Below are positions 1-13,184 of a stretch of 60,000 nt of DNA, piece after piece. Below the pieces are notes generated by a model that did not search any database, was not told where the DNA came from, and saw nothing but the letters and a program-made list of their open reading frames with translations. Source of the DNA: Lama glama. Its lineage: Eukaryota. Made by a program: the position numbers and the translations under genes. The DNA is taken from the NCBI GenBank assembly GCA_028534125.1, contig CM052817.1, positions 107,200,001-107,260,000 on the forward strand, in the 5' to 3' direction. Position 1 is the first letter of the stretch. The number at the start of each line of letters is the position of its first letter.

Positions 1-259
1 CCAGGGCTCTAAAACCCACTGTGTGGATCACGCCTTGAAGCCAGACCATCCAGGCTGTGGAACCAGAGGGCTCCTAGGAACCTTGTCTTATTTCCGTTCT
101 GATGTGGATGCAGCCATGAGTCTGTGCAATCTCCCCGGAAATGGAAAAGAGCACGGGTGACTTTAGAAGCAAAATTTGAGAAATGGGACTTTTTTTTTCC
201 AGGCAGGCCCTTAGCCTGGTAATTGAACATATATCAATTAAGCATTAACTGGATTTCTT

Positions 260-760
260 TTTTCTCTTTTTTTATATTGAAGTATAGTTGATTTACAATG
301 TTGTGTTAATTTCTGGTGTACAGCATAGTGATTCAGTTACACACATACATGTATATATATATTCCTTTTCATATTCTTTTTCATTACAGGTTATTACAAG
401 GTATTGAATATAGTTCCCTGCGCTGTACAGTAGGACCTTATTGTTCATCCACTCTGTTTTTTGTTTCATTTTGTTTTGCTTGGTTTTTGTTTTTCGAGTT
501 TTTTGGGGGGCGGGGGAAGGTAATTGAGTTTATTTATTTTAACAGAGGTACCGGGGAATTGAACCCAGGACCTCATGCTTGCTAAGCACGCGCTCTACCA
601 CTGAGCTGTACCCTCCCCCGTTCATCTCTTCTGTACACAGTAGTGTGTATCTGCTAATCCCAAACTCCCAATTTACCCCTCCCTCCCCGCTGCCCCACTG
701 GTAACCACAGGTTTGCTCCCTATGTCTGTGAGTCTCTTTCTATTTTGTGAATAAGTTCAG
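260..760 (-). mobile_element. 5'-truncated L1 3' end, interrupted by a SINE
   Basis: Poly-T then attgaagtatagttgatttacaat L1 3' UTR motif. Perfect 14-bp TSD taactggatttctt at 246-259 and 761-774. Confidence 0.9.
456..619 (-). mobile_element. tRNA-derived camelid SINE (vic-1 type) nested in the L1
   Basis: Reverse complement of ggggagggtacagctcagtggtagagcgcgtgcttagc...gggttcaattcccc. Imperfect TSD gttcatccactct / gttcatctcttct. Confidence 0.88.
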
Positions 761-989
761 TAACTGGATTTCTTAAGACAATCCAGTCCAGCCTCAGACA
801 GTAAGGGTTAACGAAGGAAAACCCTCCTTCTGGCCCAACCCTGGGCAGTACGAGCTCGGTCTCTGAAGCCGCACAGATGTGGGCTTGACTCCCGAGCTGT
901 GACCCTGGCTGCGAGCTCACCTCCCCGTCAGCTGCCCCCGCACCACGTGGCAGCGTTCCGAGGGCCCGCTTCCTAAGACCACCTGGGTT

Positions 990-1170
990 CCGATCCCAGT
1001 CCTGCCACCCACCAGCTGTGAACGGGCACAGTTCCTTAACCTGTGCGCCCCCGCTGCTCACCATGACTCTCAGCCTGGACCTTGTTGGGCTGCTGTGAAT
1101 AAGCCTCTGTGAAGGGCTGGGCACAGAGCCCCGCACACGGCAACACTGTGTGTTTAACGGCGTTAGTTAA
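990..1170 (+). mobile_element. MIR relic
   Basis: ctgggttccgatcccagtcctgccac...agctgtgaacgggcacagttccttaacctgtgcgcc resembles the MIR core. Confidence 0.55.
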
Positions 1171-1880
1171 GACGTGCAGACTCACTCTGGGGACACGAGG
1201 AATGCACTCCGCACCGTGCCCGGCGCGGGGCTGACACCCGACTTCAGCGATCAGTGCTGTGGTTACTGTACTTCTGTCACTCAGGGCCGGTTACACAGAG
1301 TGAAGCCTCAGCTTCCTGCACTGTGTCCTCATCCACTCAGGCCGTAAAGAGAAAGATCAGAACGTTGACTGAGTGTCAGACGTGGCCACCAGCGGGAAGG
1401 GGACGAACCCCAAAGCAAGGCAGCTGGTTTGAACAGTCTAGAAGCCTTGCTGCTTCTCCTTGGGTGATGCCCGGCTTCTGTGCACGGCTGTCATTCTGTC
1501 TGTCTGTCTTGAGTGTGTGCAGCTGTGCATCCAGGATCCACGTCAACCCCGACGTGGCCTTCCAAGAAGGGAGTCCTTCCATTTCTTTCAATGCAATGTC
1601 ACAGATGACTGTAAATCACCACTATGGGTGGTAGCCCCGTCCTCTTAACCCCTGTGGGGCTGGCCATGAGCCCCTTGGAGACCTCCCCACCCTGAGGCTC
1701 ACGCACAAGTAGCTCTCATTGGGCTCTTGAAGTGAGGGCCGTTGCTGGTCACCGGCACATTTTCTTGGCTCTGGCCTTTTGACAGTAATTATTTTCAAAG
1801 ATGTAACAATCTTCAGATAACAGTCTTCAGCAAGTCTTCCTCCCCTCTGCCCACCGCACCCCAAGGGGTATGTTGTTGGG

Positions 1881-2085
1881 TTTTTTTTTCAATTCTTATT
1901 TTTTATTGAAAGGTAGTCGATTTACAATGTTAGTTTCAGGTGTGCAGCAAAGCGATTCAGTTATATATATATATATACATGTTTCTAGATTCTTTTCCAT
2001 TACAGTTCATTATAAGAAATTGAATATAGTTCCCTGTGTTACACAGTAGGTCCTTGTTGTTTGTCTATTTTATATATGGTAATGT
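1881..2085 (-). mobile_element. L1 3' end fragment
   Basis: Poly-T, then gatttacaatgttagtttcaggtgtgcagcaaagcgattcag and gaatatagttccctgtg motifs. Confidence 0.85.
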
Positions 2086-2186
2086 TTAAACAAGTCTTGG
2101 AGGATTCCTTGGACTTAGAACTTTATCATGAGAGCAAAAAGATTCATTGAGAGTGACTATACGTACTGGTGAAAAACCACAAATGA

Positions 2187-2303
2187 GGAGGGGAGGGTAC
2201 AGCTCAGTATCTCCGTGGTAGAGCGTGTGCTTAGCAAGCACGAGGTCCTGGATTCAATCCCCCGTACCTCCATTAAAGTTAAAAAGGCTAAAAAATGGGA
2301 AAA
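2187..2303 (+). mobile_element. tRNA-derived camelid SINE
   Basis: Head with A/B boxes, A-rich tail, near-perfect TSD aaaaaccacaaatga / aagaaccacatatga. Confidence 0.88.
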
Positions 2304-3934
2304 AAGAACCACATATGATTTACCCACCAGAAAAGCCTAGGTTTTGTCATCAGGGCTGCTCACCCGCCTCCCAACCCTCCTAGCCTGGGCCTGGTCCCCA
2401 CTACATCCAGGGCAGGTGAATGTCCGCTTCTGGCCTCAGACCTGGATTCCTTATCAACTCAGGGCTTCAGGTAGCCTCTTCCGATCAGTGAGACTCTGCA
2501 CAAAGTGACATTTGAGCTGATACACACACACACACCCTCCACGCCTAGAAATAAGCCCCTAATTACAAATCATGTGTGGCATGAATTCGTGCCCTCCTCT
2601 CTAGGGAGCTGGTCGAGTCCTTTGTGGGATGTAGCACAGGGCAGTGTCTCAATCCATGTTCTGTTCTCTCTCTGGTTCCTTGTCCTTGGTGCACCGCCAT
2701 CCCCTCCCAACGCTGTTCACGTCCGGAATGGTCCCAACAAGGTGACGCTTTGTTTCCATCTAACTTTAGTGACGCCTCAGTGTCTCCTATTACAATAGCT
2801 CAGAATTTTTATCTTTAAGCACAAACCTTCATCTAGCAGATTGTTACAGCCAGAGCAGCTGCTCTTCCTAATTTACTGCTCCAGGTTCGTCTAAGACCCG
2901 CAGCCCAGGAGGCTCGGGCACCACCAGGAACTCTTGGTAAAATGCCCCAGGGCAGCCGCTTCCTGCCTGGGAATGGTCCTTCCTCTCTGGGGCACCCGGA
3001 GGGGTTCTACAGATCAGCTGGATTTGGGTAGAAAGATGATAACTTCCAGGCTGAGGGACACCTGAAAAATTTTCCCACATTGCAGAGGTCAGTAAAAACC
3101 ACGATATCAGGTTTCCCTTCTGGGTCTTTTTGTGTTTAGTTATTTGCTAGTCACTCCTGTGCGGGGCCACAATGCATGAATAATGCACGTGTAATAAACC
3201 AGGAAAGATCGGTGCTTTCGTTGTTGTTTCAGATTTAAGAGCTGTACATCCTTTTTTTAAAATGGATTTGGTCTCTGCAAAGCTGTATGTGTTGTTTCTG
3301 CAAGGAGGGATGGAGACCACTGAAACAATTCCTTTGGTTTCAAACCAAGGAGCATTTCTCTAAGCGCCTGGTGGCTGGGCTTGTCTCCCCTCCCCTGGCC
3401 TCCTGACACTCTGCATCCGACCTCACGGCCCAGTGATTTCAGTCGCTTGGTTTTCCCACGGAATCAGTGTCGCACTGGACTTGATGACTGACTCTTCTTA
3501 GGTGTGATCCCAAAGATAATATTAAATCAATGAATCATGGCAGATATTGCAGCTGTTACGTCGTAACCGACACACTGATACATTGCAGTCATACAGTAGA
3601 ACACCTTGAACGGTCCAGTCCGTGTGTAATAAGGAGAACCATGGAGACCCGTCAAGACATTTATATATACAGTGTAATATAAACAAAGGAAAATTTTCCA
3701 GGCTTTGAAACTTCTGCCTCATTTTTAACTGCCACAAATTCCCACATTATGACTGCAGATGGCTTCTCTGTGAGTTTTATGGACACGTGAACAGGTTCCT
3801 TGATGGATGTCAAATAAAGGTTGCATCCAAGGCTGGTTGCTTTATCAGACATTTTTCTCACTGTGAATTTATTTGGAGAAAGTAAACATAAAAAGAGCTC
3901 CCAGTGACTGAGTATTTGTGAGGAAGTTACTATG

Positions 3935-4785
3935 ATTTTTTTTTATAATTGAAGTATAGTCAATTTACAATGTTGAGTTAATTTCTCGTGTACAGCATAG
4001 TGATTCATATATATATATATATGATTCATATGTATATATATATATATTTTCCTTTTCATATTCTTTTTCATTACAGGTCATTACAAGACATTGAAGATAG
4101 TTTCCTTGCTATCAGTAGGAATTTGTTGTTCATCTATTTTATATACAGTAGTGTGTATCTGCAAATCCCAGACTCCCAATTTATCCCTCCCCTCACCCAT
4201 TCTCCCTTGGTAACTATATGCTTGTTCTCTACATCCATGAGTTTCTTTTTGCTTTGTAAGTTCACTTGTTTTATTTTTTTTAGATTCCACATATAAGTGA
4301 TCTCATATGGTATTTTTCTTTCGCTTTCTGGCTTACTTAGTATGAAATCTCCAGGTCCATCGATGTTGCTACAAATGGCACTATTTCATTCTTTTTTATG
4401 GCTGAGTAGTATTCCATTGTGTATATACATCATGGCTTCTTTATCTAGTCATCTGTCAGTGGACATTTAGGTTACTTCCATGTCTTGGCTATTGTAAATA
4501 GTGCTGCTATGGACATTGGGGTGCATGTGTCTTTTCGAATTAGAGTTTCCTCCAGATATATGCCCAGGAGTGGAGTCTCTGGGACATAGGGTAAGTTTAT
4601 TTTCAGTTTTTTAAGGAATCTCCATACTGTTCTTCACAGTGGCTACACCAAACTACATTCCCACCAGCAGTGTAGGAGGGTTCCCTTTTCTGCACACCAG
4701 CTCCGGCATTTTTCATTGTGGACTTTTCAGTGATGGCCATTCTGACTACTGGGGTGAGGTGATACTTCATTGTAGTTTTGATTAC
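3935..4785 (-). mobile_element. L1 3' end including an ORF2 C-terminal remnant
   Basis: L1 3' UTR motifs. ORF 4603..4791 (IKTTMKYHLTPV...EPSYTAGGN) is a degraded L1 ORF2 C-terminus. Confidence 0.92.
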
Positions 4786-7299
4786 TTTCATTTTCCAGAA
4801 GAGGAAACTGAGGTATCGACACCCGAAGCTACACAGCTGGTCAATGAGGGAGCCAGGATGTCTGCCCAGGCTGTGAATTCAGGGACTTAGAGGAAGTCCA
4901 GCGTGAATGAGAGGAAATGATAGAAAATGAAGTCAGAACACTGGGTTGGATCCCCCACGGGAACACTCAATGTGTGTGGTTGCTTTTCTGCAAGGCAGGG
5001 TCTGGCTGGGTCAAGCCCAGTTGCCTTCTCCTAAGGCAGGCATCCTTTCTTCACGGTGCTCTCAAGCTTCTCCTGACGTTCTCTGTCATCTGTACACAGT
5101 ATACTTCCTTTATAATAGTGAAGTGAATTAACCTGAGTAGACATAACACCCACATACTTGATATGATAAGAAAGAGCTTAGTAATAGTTATCTTTGGATT
5201 TCTATGTAATACCCGTTCTATAGTGTTTCAAAACATATCATCAAATACAATCTTTGGCATTTGGAGGAAAAAAAAGAAAAACAGCAGAAGACAGTGAGGT
5301 CCCCCCTCCAAACCGCACCATCTTTCCAGCCCCACATCGTGCATTCTTCCAAACTCCACCTTCACACAACGTGTCTTGGGAAGTTCTCAGAATCACCTGG
5401 AAAAGAGAAGTATTGCCAGTGTGGAGCTGGGCAGTAGGTAGACCATCAATCACACATCTCAGAATTTCTGGGTGTTTTTCATCCCAAATTTCTCATTCAC
5501 CTTTGGGTTCATGTGGGCGAATCACAGTCTTATTAAAATTCCAAAGATCTCACAATGCTAATCTCCAGGTGGTATTATCAGTGCAGAAGACTTTTAAAAG
5601 ATAATAAAGCTTCCTTTTCTAACCAAGTTATAAAAGCAAGCTAGAAAATAGCTTTTCTAAAATTAGGCGTGCCTTCGGGTATCTGCTGTTTCTTTCCAGA
5701 TGGGTGTGTGTTTAGCTCCCACTTTTTATTTCTTAGAGTTATTGGCATCTCAACGGTTTGTGGTTTCCTACAAAAATAAAGACATTAGCACCTTTCATCC
5801 TCAAGTGCTATATAAAGTTGCAGCTCTTCTGATTCCCCAGGAAGCTTCTAGGGGGGAGGTCCGCATGCTGACCCTCTGTACGGGAGGAGAAACCTTGGCT
5901 ACTGAGGCCAAAGACCCCTCCTTTTTCCCATGAACCTTATACACAGGTGTCATATTTCCCCCATTTTATGGCTTGGCTTTGTAGGATTCCTCAAATAAAT
6001 CGAAGGAACTTTCTTGTATCTGAACTCCAAGAGAATAAATTTTCAGTTTGATACTTCCTTTCTCAAACAGACCGTGAGAACAGCAAGTGAGACGTGTATC
6101 GCTGACATGCACTGTCTGTGCTGTGTTCAAAGCGGTTCCGTCAAGAACAGCAGGTTTGGGAGAGGAAGCGTCTGTCAGTAGCTGGGGACCCTGCCCCCCG
6201 GCATTTCCTGGGCATCCCAGCCCCAAGGACCTGGCTACCCAGCCAAAGGCCAGCTTCCTTCTTCTGGTTGTGACTTTGTAGATGATTATTGGTGAACTGG
6301 AAAAAAAAAAAAAAAGACATCCTAACCTTCACATCTTTTGTTAGGATGTGGAAATGTAAGAACAAAAGAAAGAACAGGAACTCAATGTAATTTAGAACCC
6401 AGTGGGTGATTTTAGCCCTTAATTAAGGAAGGCTAAAAATACACCATGGTGGTTACTAGCTTTTGCAGAGCTTGACATGCGTCTTGAATACGCATCTCAG
6501 TGTAAACATCACATTATTTTTTTAAAATTATACTTCCTAAAGTTAGTATTAAGCATATGTCATAGGTCTTCAACAAATATTATTTGATAATAGGGAGACA
6601 CAAATCTGAAAAAAAAGATTGTATAAATTAGGATGGGTTTAGTAAGCCTGATGTTTGGCTCTGCAGATGGTCTCCTTTAAATATATTGTCAAGACTTGTG
6701 TGTGATCTAATATCTCAAGCACAGGTGGCTGAAATGCCAGGACATATGTTTTCTAAATCTGGCATTTATCCTAGGTTTTTCAGATCTTTGCAAGAAATTC
6801 TAATACTACAAATTTAGGATTATAACTTTCCCTCCTATTCATATACTACACTTCCAGACTGCTTCAGCTGTGTTGACCAAGATGCCTTGAACGCATAGCA
6901 ATCTAGAGATACCTATCCTCTTCCCAGGACTGCATCTAGGCTTCAAGAAATCTTAATTGAGAGAACTGAAAACAATCCATTCAGTAGAGGGCCCCCTGGT
7001 GTGTGGTCCCATTCTGTCTCTGGGCACAAAGAAAATGGCACTGAAACTCCATGCTTTGGAAGCCATGTGAGCTCCTGCAGTTGAGGAAGAATTCATAGGA
7101 TAGTGTCTTTGCAATGTTGAAGTTTTTAGTGCAACTGTTGTCTGCAATTGGACTGCATGGTCCCAGCCACATTCCAAATGGCTTTAAGCAGCTTGAGGTC
7201 TGTCATCTGTCTCAGATTTGACTTTGGACTGACAGCATCCACAGTCCTCCTCCTTGTGCTTCACATGTTGTGGATGATATGGTCATCAAGAAATGATGG

Positions 7300-7423
7300 G
7301 GTAGGGGAGGGTATAGCTCAAGCAGTAGAGCACGTGCTTAGCATGCACAAGGTCCTTGGTTCAATTCCCAGTACTGCCTCCATTATAAATAAACGAATAA
7401 ACCTAATCACCGCCCCCCAAAAA
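7300..7423 (+). mobile_element. tRNA-derived camelid SINE
   Basis: ggggagggtatagctcaagcagtagagc...ggttcaattcccag, tail aaataaacctaatcacc. TSD aagaaatgatgg / aggaaatgatgg. Confidence 0.88.
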
Positions 7424-7435
7424 AGGAAATGATGG

Positions 7436-7581
7436 GATATGTCTTTCTCTGTCTGATTTACTTTACTTTGTATGATAATCTCTAGGTCCATCCATTATTG
7501 CTGCAAATGACGTTATTTCATTCTCTTTTATTCTTTATTCCACTGTAAATTTCAATAAAAATAAAAATAAATAAAAAAAAA
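7436..7581. mobile_element. Short L1 insertion with apparent 5' inversion
   Basis: Antisense L1 3' UTR piece (tctaggtccatccat...gctgcaaatgac) followed by a sense terminus ctgtaaatttcaataaaa with poly-A and the TSD aagaaatgatgg. Confidence 0.7.
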
Positions 7582-7679
7582 AAGAAATGATGGATGATGG
7601 AGACTGAAATCCCTTCCCTTCTCACGCAGAATCTTCATTAAGAGATCAAGTTGCAGAAGGGCAGAAAAAAATGAGCTTT

Positions 7680-7938
7680 TTTTTAATGGTTAATTTATAG
7701 TGTTGTGTTAGTTACAGGTGTACAGCAAAGTGATTCAGTTATACATACGTATAGATACATACATATCTATTCTTTTTCAGATTCTTTTTCATTATAGTTT
7801 CTCACAAGCTATTGAATAGAGTTCCCTGTGCTGCACAGTCAGTCCTTGTTCTTCACCTACTTCGTGTACAGTAGTGTGTATCTGCTAACCCCAAACTCCT
7901 AATTTATCCTTCCCTGACCCCCCTACTTTAGGGGGAAG
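7680..7938 (-). mobile_element. L1 3' end fragment
   Basis: caggtgtacagcaaagtgattcagttatac and gaatagagttccctgtgct motifs. tgagcttt flanks both sides. Confidence 0.85.
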
Positions 7939-8718
7939 TGAGCTTTAAGTCTGCAGTGGTTTGAGAATTATTCTCCTCCTAGCTTATTTGATAGTTGTTT
8001 GAGAGCTACTTAGCATTTATTTTTAACTGCAACTTAGTTATACTGTTCTGTTCACAAAGCCTGAGCTGCCACCCTCAGTGTAATTCTGTGTTGCAGAGCT
8101 AATTGGACAATTAACTTGGGAGGAGCACGCTTCCTAACCTTTGAATTAAAACAATGCCAACACATTAGACAACTCCAAGGGTGAGAACGGTCGCCAACCA
8201 GGCACTTGATTATATTCGGAAACCGCATTGAGAGAGAACAGAGACTCGGGAAGCTCCTGTGTAGCTTTGCTGTAGCTTGGATAGTCGAATTCACTCATAT
8301 TTCAGAGGCTGGTAGGAGCTATCCACCAACTCTGGATAAAGGACTGGTAGCAGAATGACTGGTTTCTCATCACAAATCCTAACAATCCCCAACACAATAA
8401 GTTCCAGTCTTGCTTTAAAATAAAATCCTAGTGTGTCCTTGAAGTATAGCATGAGTAAGGAAAACGTGAATCTTCCTGGAGAACTGCAGAAAGAATAATA
8501 CAAATGTGCCTTCTTTCTGGGAATAAGTGAGGTAGCTAGCATTCTTAATGCTTTTCAGGGCAAATCTGTGTTTGTGGCCTTAATGAAAAGTTGACTGTGA
8601 CTTACCTGCAAGAGTAACCAGTTGAAGAACTTTTATTTTCTCCCTTTTCTCTCTTTGCATGCTAATCTGCCTACTAGTCTTTAAAATGCCTCAGTTTTCC
8701 CATCTGTAAAATGGGAAA

Positions 8719-9330
8719 TGCATTAGTTTTCTATTAGGCATAACAAATGACCACACAGGTGGCATCCTAAAGCAACACCATCTATTTGCTCACAGTTCTG
8801 TAGGTCAGAAGTCCCGGGAAGGCACGGCTGGGTTCTCTGCTCAGAACTCATGCAAAGTCAAGGTGTGGGCTGTGGCTGTGACCTCCCCTGAGGCCTGGGG
8901 TCTCTACTGAGTTCACGTGGTTGTGGCAGATTACAGTTCCTTATGGTTATAGGACTGAGGTCCTGTTTCTTTGCTGGCTGTTGGCCAGGGACCAGTCTCC
9001 ACATCTAGAAGCTGCGCATATCCCTTACTACGTGGTCCTCTCCATCTTTAAAACCAGCAACAGAGACGCTCCTTCATGTCATATCCTTCTCATTCTTCAA
9101 ATCCCCTTGGCCAAGAAGAGCCCAGGTCCTCTTAAGAGCTCACCTGCTTAAGTCAGGCCCACCGAGGATAATCTCCCTTTCTTAAAGTCAGCTGATTTGG
9201 ACTCTTAATTACATCCGCAAAGTCCCTTCACAGCAGTACCTAGAATAGTATGTGGTCGAATATCTGGGAGAAGGTGTGCATATCAAGGAGTGAGAATCTG
9301 GGGGTGTCTTTAGAGTTTTGTAACCCATAC
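8719..9330. mobile_element. MaLR (MLT1-type) LTR, apparently inserted into a MIR (MIR halves near 8685-8718 and 9330-9440)
   Basis: gctcacagttctgtaggtcagaagtcc, ggcagattacagttcctt and cttaattacatccgcaaagtcccttcacagcag are MLT1-like. Flanks carry MIR motifs such as cctcagttttcccatctgtaaaatggg. Confidence 0.75.
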
Positions 9331-11046
9331 GGATAATAATAATACCTTAGAGTAGTGTTAAATGGATTAAGTGTGTGTAAAACACTCTGCATAGTATCTG
9401 GTGTAATAAGTCTCAAGAAATAGGATTGGGCATTATTAATGTCTCCATGCACTGTATTTTCTTGCCTATGTGGATTTTCAAATATATTATGATCAGCACA
9501 TTAGGAGCATGATGGAATATGTTCCTCATTATTTGGATACTCCACAGAAAACAGAGATACTGGGCCATAGTCAACACACTCACGAAACTCAATGTTTAGT
9601 CTATTTGCTGAAAGTTGAGGTACTAATTCAATTTATTTAAAAACAGTGCAGTTTAAAAAAAAAGAGAGACTAGGATATAATTCATGTTGATATTCAAGCC
9701 CACATACAACGTGGCATAAAATGAAGTGTGGGTCTCTGCATGGTTCACTTTTTGCTTTTTAGTAAGAAAAATGCATCACAGAGTCCATGCCTTAAACACT
9801 GGCATTTTTTTCAGAGAGAATGGTTTTTGTTTCTACCCGTGCTCTGAATATAAAATGAATATTCAAATGCTCCATCCACACAAAGGCCTTGGAGCCCCCT
9901 GTCCCCCTTGAATAGTTCCAGCCTAGAATAGGCAACATTATGCACTTTGGAGATGAAGTGCCAAGGATGAGAATGCTTCTCCCTGGCTGTGGGAAGAAAG
10001 GCCCCTAAGGGGTTAACAGTCATATTTTGCAAATTGAGGCAAGGGAAGGGAAAAAAATACATTAGCATAAGAAAAGGTAGCCATAGGGGATTTTCCACTC
10101 AGATGTTTGGTACTAGGAGCTCTGTGTTACCAAGGAGGAGGCCGGTGAAGAGGAACCCTAGTGTCTATGCATTCTTGGAACACACTGCCATTGTCCTTAT
10201 GGGGTGAGAAAGACCTCGTAGGTTTTGAGATGAAAACCGGTCTTTTCTGGAAAGGGAAGTCAAAACTGGATGCATTAAGGAAAATGTCTTGAGTTAAGCA
10301 TAGCAGCAGAACGAGAGGATTCCTCGGCGGTGTGTGCGCCAGGGCTAGACCTGAGGTGGCTTAAGGTAAGTCAGAGCACTACGCGATGATTTCCGTTGTT
10401 AACTAGAATGGGCCCCAGTGTCTGCAATTAACTCAAATTGAACAGTTTTTAACTCGTTTCAGAAATTGTGTCTGATTCACAGTATCCGAATGTAGTTAGC
10501 AGATGTTTTTATTAATACCTAGACTTATTGAAAGATTGATTAGTAAGCAAGATTTTCCATTCCAAGTTATGATTATTGTCACTAGTTGAAAACATTCGAA
10601 ATAACTGTGAAAGATTCTCACTGGTATCCTTAAGAGAGACGATAATAATCAGTTCAGCTGTACCTGTTTCTAATGAAGATGTCAAATTCGTTTTTGAATC
10701 AGTCTTCTCTTTACTCTTAATTACTGACCAGTGAAAAAGTATTTTTTTGATTCTGAATATCATTGGATTTAATACCAAAGTGAGCATGACTGTCCAAACA
10801 AATCATGGTGAATTTCATTAGTAAATTAAGATAGAGAAGGTCTAGTTAATTTTAGATAAATTTTTTGCAATGCTGATTGCTATAGGAGACATGGGGTGGG
10901 GGGGGGTGGCAAATGAATCTGTCGCAGGTTTCTAAGAAAAGTCTATCCAGATTAAGACAATGAAACTTTTGGTTATTAAAAATGGGAACAAAGATCAAAG
11001 AAGATTGTCCAAAAGCTGATAATAAGATTATTTAGAAGTCAGTTGA

Positions 11047-11173
11047 GGGGAGGGTGTAGCTCAGTGGTAGAGCATATGCTTTGCATATATGAGGTCCTGG
11101 GTTCAATCCCTGGTACCTCTATTAAAAGATAAGTAAACCTAATTACCTCCACTGCCAAAAAATATTTTAAAAA
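11047..11173 (+). mobile_element. tRNA-derived camelid SINE
   Basis: Full head and tail, perfect 13-bp TSD agaagtcagttga (11034-11046, 11174-11186). Confidence 0.92.
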
Positions 11174-12376
11174 AGAAGTCAGTTGATAAGGTCGATTTTC
11201 AGGGAATCACATGTCAGAAGTTAATTGGCAAACAATGATTTTACTATTACATACAGATTATCACTTTTCAAATTTTGTATGGAAGAGTGGGTCAACCCTG
11301 CCTTTAAATCTTGTCTATTTTGTTCCTTCCTGGTTTGTTTACTTTATATATGGAATTAAAGATGTAGAAGTGATCAAAGTTTTAGGTCTTCATCACTAAG
11401 ATGACATAAGTAAATAGATTTGTCTTCCCAACACAAATAGCTCAGAAGCACTTGATCAGGAAAGTCACTGTAAACGAAAGCTGGAGGAAAAAGGACGAAA
11501 ACAGGAAAGATGAAAAGCAGAGTACCAGGTGATTCCTCTCATGTGAACATTATGACATCAGTTTGCTGCTTTGTGCGATGTTACAACTCCAGGTCCCCCA
11601 TCGATGTGAAAATGTAAAAATGCTTTCCAAAACTGAAGTGAACTGCTTTTGATAATCCGTATCATGGTTTCCCAACCCTAGTATGGAAAATTGAGAAAGG
11701 ATGACCAACCAAAACCCTTTTCAGCATAAATTTGACACCCCATTCCCCATGCTTGGGCATAAGATGTCCCTCCACTGACCAGTTCCTGGGAAAATGAGCT
11801 GGCACATAGTCATTTATTCAGTTATGATAATTTCGATGCACATCAGAGGGTCTGGGGATCATCTCTTAATGTGAGAACTAGTTTTAAACAATATTTTACC
11901 AATGTTCCAGACGACGCTTTCTGAAAGGAGTGTTCAGATCTATACTCTGTCACAGGCTGGCTAGAATCAACTCCTTCCTCTGCTATTGACACCACGTTTC
12001 CTAATTCTGTGAGGGTCCAGTAACATGAAAGTAACTCAACTGTTGGCGTCTAAATGACCCACAGTGTTTTACATGCCTGCCCGTGTAGACACGGAATCAT
12101 ACGGAGCTTAGAGATGGTGATCGACACACTTCTTGCTACCCACACCGTCCTTCTACAGAGGGGGCAGGTAAAGCCCAGAGGAGGGGATTTATATTCCACC
12201 TTGTACCTTTATCTCTCAGTTCAAGAACCAAAAGACCATCTTCCTGTACCTGAATTTGGCATTTCCGGTTCAGTTTCTCCACGTGACTTCCTCTTCCACC
12301 AGGAACCCAGACTCTTAGACATGTTGGTGCCTAGTGACCTTGGAATCAGGGTACATTAATTTTCTTCCTTTTACAG

Positions 12377-12435
12377 CATGAAGAGCTGAGTCAAGCTGCT
12401 ATCGAGAAAATAAGCCACAGATACCAGAACCCATG
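12377..12435 (+). CDS. SPMIP2: SPMIP2 (C4orf45) internal coding exon, HEELSQAAIEKISHRYQNP(W)
   Basis: Pyrimidine tract ending ttacag (12371-12376), 59-nt exon, donor TG|gtaag. Translation resembles recalled human C4orf45 YEELSQASLDSITHRYQNPW. The phase-2 end joins the single G at 39810 to give TGG (Trp). Earlier exons were not found and probably lie upstream of the window. Confidence 0.9.
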
Positions 12436-13184
12436 GTAAGCACATCCTAATACATTTAAAATTAGCTAATGAATTAATGTGTTTCCTTCTTAAATTAGTA
12501 ACAGGGTTCATTGAAAAAAACCTTTTTATGTCCTGTAGTTTTCTTGCAAGATTATGAATTTTTATTCCCAATGAACAGTTATGAAATGTTCACACTGTAC
12601 TAGGTTTTACTGAAGGGGAGGAACGAGGTAGAGCATACTTGGTTAGAGTGAGGACAGTGGGGGAAAAGGGAACCAGCTTGTTAAGACTGGCAACTGGACA
12701 ATTTCGGTAGCTTTAACTATATAAATAATTCTTTTTGTGGGTGAACAAGAATATAATTTGGGGGGTGAAAAAAAACCCTCCCATTTCATGCTGTTAGAAA
12801 CCACCATGATAGGCAATAAGTGTAATCCTGCTGCAGTCACACAGCGGCTTGGATTCACACTCTCTTAAGGCAGCTGGTAACCTAAATTAAACATGTCTAG
12901 CACAAGGGATGTTAAATTAGGGGTATTCTGATTTCTATAGAGGGAAGGGATTGATCAGCATTGCTCTTACAAGACTGTGGATTCAATAATGTCTTTGTCA
13001 ACCTTAGATTTTTGGAGGTGAGGGTTTCTGGAGTCTGTTTCGCCTCATTTTTTTTTTATCATTGAAGAGTCCTGCTATTAGCATGTGCAAAATTAATAGG
13101 TCTTAGTCTGTGTCTGCTGTACCACAGCAACATAAACTACACCAAAAATAGACAAGACCTTCAACCCCAAGTCAAAAGCCTAGA

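Noticed and set aside
11047..11120. tRNA-Ala-like gene (also at 2187, 7300, 14093, 22037, 55253, 59528 and 456)
   Set aside because: Each copy has a SINE tail, mismatched stems and usually a TSD; these are tRNA-derived SINE heads, not tRNA genes.
12278..12287. CLEAR-like E-box tccacgtgac (FNIP2 is a TFEB/TFE3 pathway gene)
   Set aside because: A single imperfect motif far from the FNIP2 promoter; compatible with chance.
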